35,102 bases of DNA from assembly GCA_032718475.1 (NCBI GenBank), contig JAUCBJ010003963.1, positions 1-35,102 of the forward strand. The letters are read 5' to 3'. Position 1 is the stretch's first letter. Each line of letters opens with the position of its first letter. The notes beneath the pieces are model-generated. The model was not told the DNA's origin, did no database searches, and saw nothing but the letters and a program-made list of their open reading frames with translations. Origin of the DNA: Nemertoderma westbladi (lineage: Eukaryota > Animalia > Xenacoelomorpha). The position numbers and the translations under genes are program-made. This document shows, in pieces, positions 11,540-21,041 of this stretch.

Positions 11540-13030
11540 TGTTCGCGGTATTTCAACTTTCCATAACGCGAGTTGAATATTTTTTGTATTGATTTAAAAT
11601 GATTATTCCGATATTACTACTGGGTGCGGGACCATGGGTTTTGGGCACATTCTATAAACTGGGGGCGATTTATGGGCGAACTTTGGGGCGACTTACAGGG
11701 TACGGGACTAATTTCATGTTTATAAGGGCCAGGGGGGGATGGAAAATTCAAGCAGTATTCAGGTTAGCCTGATTACTATTAGGCCCTGGCCAACTTCCTG
11801 CTGCCTGTAGAGGTGGTTTTGGTAACGCGCCAGGCCTAAAGGACAAGGACTGCCCTTAGCGGTCCCTGGCCAACAGCAGTTATTACGAGACTGAAAAGAA
11901 CTCGGAACGCTGACTGCTTGTGTCAGGGATTTGCGACGGGAAACGACACGACAGACCCCTAGCCAAGCCGTACTGGTTCTCGATGATCGTTCCCTTCGGG
12001 GTTCGTGAGGGGTGGGACGGACACGCGAAAGGGTCTACCGACTTACGGAGGAAGGGTTTGACGAGGACTGCCCTTAGCGGTCTCTGGTCAACAGCAGTTA
12101 TTACGAGACTGAAAAGAACTCGGAACGCTGACTGCTTGTAACAGGGATTTGCGACGGGACCGACGACAGACCCCTTAGCCAAGCCGTACTGGTTCTCGAT
12201 GATCGTTCCCTTCGGGGTTCGTGAGGGGTGGGACGGACACGCGACGGGGTCGAAAGACAAAGGACTAGACTCTACTGGCCTACCGACTGTTCGGAGCAGT
12301 TTCTCGGTTGCCGAAGCGACTACGAGCCTGAAAGGGACTCGGAAAGCCTAGGTGGTTGGGTTTCTGCGATGAACCGACGGACCCCTAGCCAAGCCGTACT
12401 GGTTCTCGATGATCGAACCCTTCGGGGTTCGTGAGGGGTGGGACGGACACGCGAACGGGTCCACCGACACGACAGACTCCTAGCCAAGCCGTACTGGTTC
12501 TCGATGACCGATCCCTTCGGGGTTCGAGAGGGGTGGTACGGATACGCGACAGAGTCTACCGACTGGACCGACCCTTAGCCAAGCCGTGCTGGTTCTCGAT
12601 GATCGTTCCCTTCGGGGTTCGGGAGGGGTGGAACGGACACGCGACAGGGTCGACCGACACCGACACTGCGGCATCAAGACTAGGACCGAGGGAAAATCTG
12701 GGGAACATTAGTTAGGCTAAAATCTGAGCGAACAGTGGGTAATTAAATAATATACTGTAGGGATTTATATTGTCGTGTATAATTATTGTGAATATTTGGT
12801 GTATATTGATTTGGGGAAGCCCAAAATTATTCTCAATCAGGTTCAACAGAGTTCAGTTACATTAAAGAGTATATCCAACTAATGCAGCTTTTTCTCAACC
12901 GCAACCTGCATCTCAGAAATCATTCCTTCTCCACAATCAATATCCGGTGACTGGCCGGGGCTCGGTGGTCTGTAAAGTCACGTCTCCAGCATCGGCGTTT
13001 TTCCCCCCTGGTGTTGGGATAACGGCAACA
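11540..13030 (+). repeat. 5' LTR (1491 bp)
   Basis: TGTTCGCGGT...ACGGCAACA, matching 23727-24742. TATA-like TATAAG at 11721, TCAGTT at 12853, ATTAAA at 12861. Confidence 0.95.
11759..12727 (+). ncRNA. Predicted multibranch structured RNA in the LTR: five k-turn/UUCG hairpins and three loop-E/GAAA hairpins inside a long-range closing helix
   Basis: Covarying basal stems AGACCC/GGGTCT, GACCCC/GGGGTC, GGACCC/GGGTCC, AGACTC/GAGTCT and CGACCCT/AGGGTCG. Closing helix TTAGCCTGATTA (11764-11775) pairs with TAGTTAGGCTAA (12709-12720). Folded by eye only. Confidence 0.6.
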
Positions 13031-13032
13031 AA

Positions 13033-13045
13033 ATTGAGAATAATT
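13033..13045 (+). promoter_or_regulatory. Non-tRNA primer-binding-site candidate, complementary to the element's own LTR
   Basis: ATTGAGAATAATT starts 2 nt after the LTR-terminal CA. It is the exact reverse complement of AATTATTCTCAAT at 12825-12837 and 24537-24549. No TGG lies next to the LTR. Confidence 0.6.
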
Positions 13046-13320
13046 AATGTGGTCAATTTTGACAGGGTGTCAAAATTGAGAATAATTATGGTCAATTTTG
13101 ACAGGGTGTCAAAATTGAGAGTAAAACGCAGCCAACTTCAACTGGTGGAAGTTGAGAATCCTTCAATACTCTTCAAAACTCTCTACGTGCTTGCCAGCAC
13201 CCACTACGAGGAAACTCTGGTATTTGAGTTAAGACGAAGTCGTGGTTTAATTAATCAACAAACTCGATCTAACCAACTCGTAGTCGGCAGATCACATATT
13301 TGGAGAGTTGTTAACAGGGA

Positions 13321-13512
13321 ATGGAAGTATCGATCACACCCATTGATATAATCCAAGTTGAGCCAGGAATCTGGCACGTCGAAGTTGAAGTACAAGGAAC
13401 GAACGTCGGACGATTCAGGATTACCGTTCGGGTGGTCCAAGCTGAGTACAATACCTACGAGGAACTGTTTTATGACATCGCGTATCTAGCTATCGACAAG
13501 GCGCTACAATGA
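13321..13512 (+). CDS. 63-aa upstream ORF of the BEL element, stop overlapping the gag start (ATGA)
   Basis: Alternating beta-strand pattern (WHVEVEVQG, FRITVRVV) and an amphipathic helix (YEELFYDIAYLAIDKALQ). TGA 13510-13512 overlaps ATG 13509-13511. Confidence 0.5.
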   Translation: MEVSITPIDIIQVEPGIWHVEVEVQGTNVGRFRITVRVVQAEYNTYEELFYDIAYLAIDKALQ

Positions 13513-16120
13513 CGACAAATAACGTATCCGATACCGACGAGATGGATCACCACACAGACTCGGAAGCCGACGAGGTACCAAACGTCAAGAACATGACCCG
13601 TCGGCTAGGGGCTCTCAAAGGCGGAGTAACCCGAGCGTATCAATGGATGGAGAAACAACTCAAGGGAGTCAAAACCCCCCTCAATGAGGTACAAACTCAG
13701 CTTCAAAGTATCCGAAATATCCTACAGCGGTACGAAAGAATGATACAGGCGTACCAAGAGCTCGTTCCCTCCACCGATCAGGAAAACTACCCCAAGTTTG
13801 AAGAACACGTTGTACATCTAGATGGGTTCCGCAAACAACACCGGAGGACCCTCAGCCTTGTGAGAGGCTATGAAGAACAGTACTACAAGAGAGCTGAAAG
13901 AACAGACGCGGAATCAGTACGAACCTCCAGCATCAGGACAGCAGTACATCGAAAGAGAACGGGGTCCGCTAGAAATCAGCACTCCAGCGCTAGGAGCGAG
14001 ATATCCAGCTCAGCGCGCAGTTCTCAAGGGGGGCCGCCACTCCGAGACCAACTGCGAGAACGGAAGGCATTAGCCCTCAAAGCTCGGATGGAAGATGAGT
14101 ATATTCAACTGCAAGCCGAGCAAGATGTATTAGCCGCCGAAACACAAAAGCGAGAGGCCGAACAAGCGGCCGAACGGCAGGCCGAACAACGCGAACAGGA
14201 GGCGGAACAACATAGACGAGAGGCCGAACGGCAGGCTGAACAACGCAAACAGGAGGCGGAACAACATAGACGAGAGGCCGAACGAGAGATCGAACAACGT
14301 AAACAGGAGGCTGAACAACGTGGACGAGAGGCCGAACGAGAGATCGAACAACGTAAATGGGAAGCAGAAATGCGTAAACAACACGCCGAGGCCCAAGCGA
14401 TTCTCATCCACAAAAAGAATGCGGATATTGCAAAACTCGCGGAATACGAAGCCGCACTTATAGAACGAGATATTCAACTCTACGAGGACTGGGAAAGGGA
14501 TATAGATCAGGAATATGAACCAATCCCGGTACCGGAATTAGAAAAGTCATTTATACTGACAGCGGCGAAACTTCCGAAACCCGAGATCCCGCCTACCAAA
14601 CAGTCTACGTTATCGGCACAAGCACCGGTGTTCCATCCCCCACCGGCTACGCTAAAGAATGAGGAACCTTATATCCCAGCCACCTCTACGGTCACGAGTG
14701 TACCCAAGTACGAGCCTGAAAGGGACTCGGAACGGGACGCCACTCCCCGATCCAACAACCCATTTACATCCACACCACAAACCCGTAGTCGCGTCATCAT
14801 TAAAACTCCACCTATCATTGATCCATCGAGTATGGGAGTGAGTGCCAATAACTATAACCCTCCGAGTCACTCCAGTTCAGACGACGTCAGTATTATCCGG
14901 GTGTTGGAAAACCGCCTTGCCATGCCTAAGATGGAGATCCGCACCTTCGAAGGAGATCCCGTCGATTACCTCAGATTCAAGAAACGGTTCTTTGCGCAGA
15001 TTGGATCAACGGACATAGCCGACGCACAGAAATTGGTATATTTATCGCAATACCTGGGTGACAAACCACGCAGAATTATTGCATGTTTTGAGGGAGGTTC
15101 TCATGAGGCATACTATGACGCATGGAAAACTCTAGATAAAAGATACGGAAATACCGGAACTATAATTAATAAAACTCTAGAGAGACTGATACAGGACGCG
15201 GGATCACTAGGGGACCCACAGAACATCCAGGAATTCTCCGACTCTATGAAGGATGCCTACTATACTCTGAAACCCTTAAATAAGGAGGACCAGGTGAACA
15301 ACATTCTAAACCTCCGACAGATCGCCCGGAAGTTCCCCGGATGGCTACAAAGTAAGTGGGCTTATAAATGCGTAGATCTCCGGCGCAGACATCCAGATCG
15401 AGATCCTAGCTTCCTTGAAATGTCGGCATTCCTGGACGATATCTCCGAAGCCATGAATGACTCGATGTTTTCAAAACAGAGTCTTGCCAAGTTGGACGGA
15501 ATAGAGAGCAACTCCAGGAGTAAGATAACCCCTCCGAAACCGAGATTCCGCCCTCCACCGGTGAGTACGATGGCCATCACCATGGCCGAGGATTCCGACG
15601 ACGAAGACTACGAGGAACCGACATCCGCCGAGGAATGGGCATGTTATCTCGCGAATTGGGCACCCGAAAGGGAAGGCATCACAAATTCCCTGCTCTGTCT
15701 CTTCTGTGGAGAGAAACATAAAGTGGAATTCTGCAGGAAGTTTCAGTTCGCCGAACTCGTCCCACGCTTCGAGGCGGTAATGAAACACCGAGGATGCTTC
15801 CGGTGTCTTGGAACAGGTCACTATGTTCTGGATTGCGACCAAAGATCATGCTGTGCCGTCTGTAACGACCAACGTCATCACACGCTCCTCCACATCCCCG
15901 CGAACTTCGATTTCACTACCCTCCCCTTTCGGATCGAAGCCAAGCGAAGAGGAGAAACAAACCACATTTTCAAAGGAACCCGGACAACCCAACGGAGAGA
16001 AACCAACCCGTTTAAAATCTCCACCGATACACCACAAGTAACAAATATTTCGGCCACGATTAATCTTATAAATCGCTGCTACATGGTCTTCGCAAAGGTA
16101 ATCCCAGTAAGGATTCAAGG
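13509..16120 (+). CDS. gag: BEL/Pao Gag (coiled coil, capsid-like DUF1759-type region, three zinc knuckles); frame shifts into protease near 16120
   Basis: MPKMEIRTFEGDPVDY...QKLVYLSQYL...AWKTLDKRYG; knuckles CLFCGEKHKVEFC, CFRCLGTGHYVLDC and CAVCNDQRHHTLLH; EAERQAEQRKQEAEQHRR repeats at ~14150-14390. Confidence 0.9.
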
Positions 16121-16920
16121 AGTCAGCAAATCCTTGACGCGTTCGCGTTCCTTGATAACGGGTCCGACGGAACCATCATCGACCGGGATTTCCTCGAGCA
16201 ACTCGGCCTAGAATATGAACCTTGTAAACGGCCCATACAAACCATCACCGATAACAGAGAGGTAGAGTCCGGGGAGGTGCAACTCCAGATGGAAGGAGTG
16301 ATGAAGGGCTACGAAACGGTTAAGTTAACCATCAAGAACGCCTTGGTACACACAGACCTCCGAGTGCGGTTCCGACAATCAGCCGAGTATGCCCCCCTCA
16401 TACAATTGGACCGAGACGATGTAGATCTGAGGTGTCCGCAGTTGGACGTAAACCGCATCACCCTACTGATCGGACTTGATACACCGGAACTACACATCCC
16501 CACCGGAGATATCGCCCGATCCATAAAACAGGACGACGGATTTTATGCTGAACGAACAATAATGGGATGGACACTCTGCGGCATTAAGGAAGAAACTACT
16601 GACACCTATACCTACCTTCCCAAATGTCAGATTAAAGAGAATGCAACCTCCGTGGGTTATTGCTCAGCTACGGACATTGACGAGGATTTGTTTCTAGAGA
16701 CTGAGAAAACCCAACAAGAGATGACGAAATATTTTAATCTAGAGACCCAGGAGTTCGCTGAAAAGGACGAAAACCCGTCCGAAGAGGATCAATATTGTAT
16801 GGACGTTCTCGACCAGGCCACGTTCAAAGACGGACACTGGTGTTCACCTATGTTATGGAAGGACCCAAACAAACCAATGGCAAACAACGCCAGCATGGCA
16901 CTTAGGCGACTTAGGGGATT
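16121..16920 (+). pseudogene. Aspartic protease and linker segment of gag-pol, bounded by two frameshifts
   Basis: The shifted frame reads ILDAFAFLDNGSDGTII...LLIGLDTPELH...RTIMGWTLCG...PMLWK...ALRRL. A further shift near 16920 continues LRRLNDQPEIKEKYNTVIQGYL. Confidence 0.85.
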
Positions 16921-19806
16921 CTACGCCGGCTGAATGACCAACCCGAGATAAAGGAGAAATATAATACCGTAATCCAAGGATATCTCGACGATGGATTAGC
17001 AGAAATGGTACCACGGAATGAACTGCAAGGTGGTAAAAGAACATATTATCTCCCAACCCACTATGTGGTAGAAGCCCGGAAGGGTGGGAAAATCCGAGTG
17101 GTAAATGATGCCGCCGCTACGTACCAGGGCGAATCCCTAAACAGTCAGCTTTACACGGGACCCAACATATATAGTACACTCATCGGCGTACTGATCAGGT
17201 TCAGGGAAAACCGGGTAGCATTCACCTGCGACATCAAGACCATGTTTCATCAAGTTCGTACGCTACCAAGAGACTCAGACTGTCTACGTATCCTATGGAC
17301 GGATAAAACACTAACTCAACAGGAGATTAGTCAACTTACGATAAAGGACGTAGACATAATGCGTATGGTTGTCAGGATCTTCGGCGCTAAGGACTCGCCG
17401 GTAGCATGCAGTGACATGCTGAAGAGGACGGCAACTATGTGCGAAAACGAGTTCCCTCCAACCGTCATAGAAACCATCCGACGATGCTTTTACGTGGATG
17501 ATGGATGCGCCGGCGCAGATAATGTGGACGAGGCATACCGGCTAGCAATGGGGATGGTAGAATGTCTAAAGAAAGGAGGTTTTCCGCTCGTGAAGTTCAG
17601 ATCCCACGACAAAACCCTTATGGAAAAGTTTCCGGAGGACATCCGACTGGAAAATAACAAAATGTATTCGGAGGATGTGGAACATCGTGTACTCGGGATT
17701 GAATGGGACATAGAATCAGACGAATTCATCTTCAAATATAAACCCCTACCCAAGCCTATGACAAAAAGGGGATGTTTGTCAATAAAAAGCGCCATCTTCG
17801 ACCCACTAAATTTCATATCTCCAGTAACCTTGGCCGGAATGAACCTGATTAAGGAAATGTGGATAGAAGGACTGGGATGGGACGAAGAGCTCCCCCCACA
17901 CCTCAGCGTCAAATGGAGAAAATGGACGGAGCAGCTCGAACACCTACATCTTATGCGGATACCTAGACCGTTCTTCCTCGATAAACTACCCACCGATATC
18001 TTCCAGCTCCATACCTTCTCGGATGCTTCGAATACCGGAATTGGCGTAGTCACCTTCTTACGAAGACTCAGCAACGATGGAAACGGTGATACGAGCTTCT
18101 TATTTTCTAAAGCCAAGACAGTATCCGGGGAATTCGTAGCAACGATTCCAAGACTCGAGCTACAGGCTGCAGTTTGGGCAGTAAGACAGAATCGCATGGT
18201 CATGCGGAACCTACGGATCCCCATTGAGTCTCAACACTTCTGGGTCGATTCGAGTATAGTTCTCTATTATCTCCACTCTCCATCACGGCGTCACACTACA
18301 TTTGTAGCGAACCGAGCCACAGAGATAAAACAGTGTACCGGCCGAGAACAGTGGCACCATGTAAACGGGAAAGAAAACCCAGCGGACTTATCAAGCCGAG
18401 GCGCCACCCCAAAACAACTCTGTAAAAGTAAACTCTGGCTTACAGGCCCGGAATTCCTACAACAGCCACAATTAACATGGAGTACCCGATTCGACCCCGA
18501 ACTCGATAGCGGAAAATACTCCGAGGACGATAAAGAGATCCGTAAAATCCATAGAAGCAACGCAGTGGAAATTTATAGCTGTCTGACTGAGCCTGCAAAG
18601 GACTCGGGCAGGCACTATAACGTTGCGACGATCATTCAACCAGCGGCGTCTTTACGACAGAACTGGATTATAGCTAATATAAGACAAAGATATTGGATCA
18701 CCCACATCCAGCCACTGATCCGGAAAGTGTTGAAACGTTGCTTTACCTGCAGACGTTATCTAGCGCCACCAATCACCCAAAAGATGGCCGACTTACCAGC
18801 CACCCGTCTACAAGCAGATTCCCCACCGTTCTACGTCACTGGAATGGACTGTTTCGGCCCGTTTACGGTCATCGAACGACGATCCAACATCAAATGCTGG
18901 GGAGCCATCTTCACCTGCCTAAGGTCTAGGGCAATCTACCTAGACATTGTGGTGAACCTTACGCAACACGCATTCATCAATGCTCTGCGTCGGTTCGTGG
19001 CAAGCAATGGGACATGTCGTCACATGTATTCCGATAATGGCACGAACTTTGTGGGAGGAGAAAGAGAACTTGGAGAGGCGATCGAGGGATGGTTTACCGA
19101 TAACACCGCATCCCAAGTCTGGAAGGAACACCAGATACAGTGGCACTTCCAGACCCCCTTAGCACCCCATACGAGCGGGGTATGGGAGAAACTGATCGAC
19201 CTAGTGAAACGGTCAATGCGCGTCGCTCTAGGAGACACCCGGGTAACCCATGACACCCTCCGCACAACATTCTGCGAGATCACAGCTACCCTGAACAACC
19301 GGCCCATTGTCCCTATCCGCGACGACCCCACAGACCTGGAGCCCCTCACTCCTAACCACCTACTGGGGAGACCTAAAACTCAAGTTCTCCCGGAGACAAT
19401 GTTTCCGGATCCCAACGATATTGCGAGACATACAAACTGGAAAAAGGCCCAAGCGTTGGCAGCACATTGGTGGATAATCTGGGCCCAGGAGTACCTCATA
19501 ACCCTCCGGACCAGGAGGAAATGGAACAACACCTACCGGAACGTCGCAGTTGGCGACATGGTACTAGTAAAAGAAGATCTCAAAGATCGCGTTCACTGGC
19601 CTGTGGCGCGGGTCGTGACCATACACCCAAGCAAAGACGGACTTGCGAGGACTGTGACGATACGAACGGCTTCGGGCCACTACCAACGCCCTATCCAGAG
19701 GCTGTGCCTTCTTGAAGGCAATGATAGCGGTGACTCTACGAGAGGTGATAAGTTCCCTACTCAAGATCCTGCTGCAGACATCGGTGACAATGATAAATGC
19801 GTTTAA
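16921..19806 (+). CDS. pol: BEL/Pao Pol: RT, RNase H and integrase, with an in-frame deletion before the integrase zinc-binding region
   Basis: RT: YYLPTH, KIRVVNDA, CDIKTMFHQV, FGAKDSP, YVDD. RNase H: FSDAS, IPRLEL, WVDS, NPADLSSRG. Integrase: GMDCFGP, SDNGTNF, WEKLI. The usual GRL/HP/His-pair segment is absent near 18600-18660. Confidence 0.93.
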   Translation, partial: LRRLNDQPEIKEKYNTVIQGYLDDGLAEMVPRNELQGGKRTYYLPTHYVVEARKGGKIRVVNDAAATYQGESLNSQLYTGPNIYSTLIGVLIRFRENRVAFTCDIKTMFHQVRTLPRDSDCLRILWTDKTLTQQEISQLTIKDVDIMRMVVRIFGAKDSPVACSDMLKRTATMCENEFPPTVIETIRRCFYVDDGCAGADNVDEAYRLAMGMVECLKKGGFPLVKFRSHDKTLMEKFPEDIRLENNKMYSEDVEHRVLGIEWDIESDEFIFKYKPLPKPMTKRGCLSIKSAIFDPLNFISPVTLAGMNLIKEMWIEGLGWDEELPPHLSVKWRKWTEQLEHLHLMRIPRPFFLDKLPTDIFQLHTFSDASNTGIGVVTFLRRLSNDGNGDTSFLFSKAKTVSGEFVATIPRLELQAAVWAVRQNRMVMRNLRIPIESQHFWVDSSIVLYYLHSPSRRHTTFVANRATEIKQCTGREQWHHVNGKENPADLSSRGATPKQLCKSKLWLTGPEFLQQPQLTWSTRFDPELDSGKYSEDDKEIRKIHRSNAVEIYSCLTEPAKDSGRHYNVATIIQPAASLRQNWIIANIRQRYWITHIQPLIRKVLKRCFTCRRYLAPPITQKMADLPATRLQADSPPFYVTGMDCFGPFTVIERRSNIKCWGAIFTCLRSRAIYLDIVVNLTQHAFINALRRFVASNGTCRHMYSDNGTNFVGGERELGEAIEGWFTDNTASQVWKEHQIQWHFQTPLAPHTSGVWEKLIDLVKRSMRVALGDTRVTHDTLRTTFCEITATLNNRPIVPIRDDPTDLEPLTPNHLLGRPKTQVLPETMFPDPNDIARHTNWKKAQALAAHWWIIWAQEYLITLRTRRKWNNTYRNVAVGDMVLVKEDLKDRVHWPVARVVTIHPSKDGLARTVTIRTASGHYQRPIQRLCLLEGNDSGDSTRGDKFPTQDPAADIGDNDKCV

Positions 19807-20100
19807 ACCCTTCTCATCATGTTGACAAACTCTTTTAAACTGTGATTTATCGACAATGAAAATGGACCCCCCTTAAACCAACTGTAACCACGCAATGGTA
19901 TTTGTGTTTCCTCGTGTGTTATGTGGAGTCCAGCGTCACCCTGCAGATGTTTTGACTGACGTAGGGTCGTTTATGTATTGTTTACCCTGATTTTGGTCAT
20001 CGGGACCAACGACTTTGGATTATTGGAAATGGTAAAGATTTGAAGTGGAATTCATTGTATTCATCGCAGTATGTTATGTTGTCCGTTGCGTGCGCAGTTC

Positions 20101-20500
20101 GGGGCGTAGGCGGTGTAACTAGTCCAGCTGTAGATCCCGGATTGCCGCGCAACACCCCCTCTATCCCGTTATTCTGGTGGGTCCATGGTGCATCCACATG
20201 ACTTCGACGATAGAGGGTTTTATGTTTCTCAGTCGCGTTATTCTGGTGGGACCGTTGCGTGGATTTTGGGGCGTAGGCGGTGTAACGAGTCCAGCTGTAG
20301 ATCCCAGAATGTTGCGTAACCCCATCCCACATGACTTCGTCGACTGAGCTTTATGTTGTTGGGAGTGTTATTCTGGTGGGTCCTTGGTGCATCCACGTGA
20401 CTTCACTTCCAGCGTCTTCATTGTCCGTTACGTGCGCAGTTTGGGGCGTAGGCGGTGTAACTAGCCCAGCTGTAGATCCCAGATTGCCGCGTAACACCCC
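20101..20500 (+). repeat. Interleaved direct repeats between pol and ORF3 (three copies each of two motifs), probably RNA stem-loops
   Basis: GGGGCGTAGGCGGTGTAAC...CAGCTGTAGATCCC...CCCC at 20101, 20268 and 20443. GTTATTCTGGTGGG...CCACRTGAC at 20168, 20237 and 20367. Confidence 0.8.
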
Positions 20501-21041
20501 TTCCACGACAAAGATTTCCCAAAGAAGATGATTGAATGTAGTTGGAAATGATGAAAAGGATCAGACAACTCTACTATAAACTGAATGATGACGCGTATGA
20601 TGATGAAAATGTAATGATGCGCACCCTGGTGCTGCGCTTATAACAAATGATGATAGCCGGGGGGCTATAACCCCAATGATGATGTGGAAATAAATGAAAA
20701 TTGAGAATAAATGGTGGAACTAAATGATGAAATATATGTGGAAATAAATGAAATGTGATGAAATAATAAAGAGAAATGAAAAAAGACAAAAAAAGGTATA
20801 AAAAAGTCTGAAGAAAAGAATTGGAAAAAAGAAAGGACATAAAAAGTCATAAAAACTGGTTGGATATTAATGTATAGTTATAGTAACTGTAAATGCTGAA
20901 TGTATTAGCAATAAGATGATAGATGCCTATATAGCAATGTTATTTAATAAACTGAACTGAATTATTCTGCAATCACTATAGTTTCAGACTTTCTGGACTT
21001 ATAATTAACTGATCTAATTTGTAACGGATATAATCGTAAAT

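Noticed and set aside
11960-12010. tRNA-derived SINE or Pol III promoter (TAGCCAAGCCG fits an A box)
   Set aside because: No proper B box (GTTCRANNC) and no cloverleaf.
11953-12036. SECIS element (AUGA/GA core)
   Set aside because: The helix above the GA pairs is only ~7 bp and is capped by UUCG, with no apical AA; no selenoprotein context. A standard k-turn fits better.
11860-12660. LTR repeats or the minisatellite as a CRISPR array
   Set aside because: Eukaryotic context, no cas genes, units of ~84-100 nt (or 13 nt tandem) with short related linkers rather than unique spacers.
11860-12660. Known self-cleaving ribozyme (hammerhead/retrozyme, twister, HDV-like, hairpin)
   Set aside because: I could not match the catalytic cores (for example CUGANGA plus GAAA in a three-way junction). 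An Rfam/Infernal scan would be needed to exclude this fully.
13050-13066. Canonical TGG tRNA PBS
   Set aside because: About 20 nt from the LTR end, runs into a hairpin arm, and its complement does not resemble a tRNA acceptor end that I recognise.
16110-16930. Programmed ribosomal frameshifts in gag-pol
   Set aside because: No slippery heptamer seen, and BEL gag-pol is usually one ORF. Single-base losses or assembly errors are more likely.
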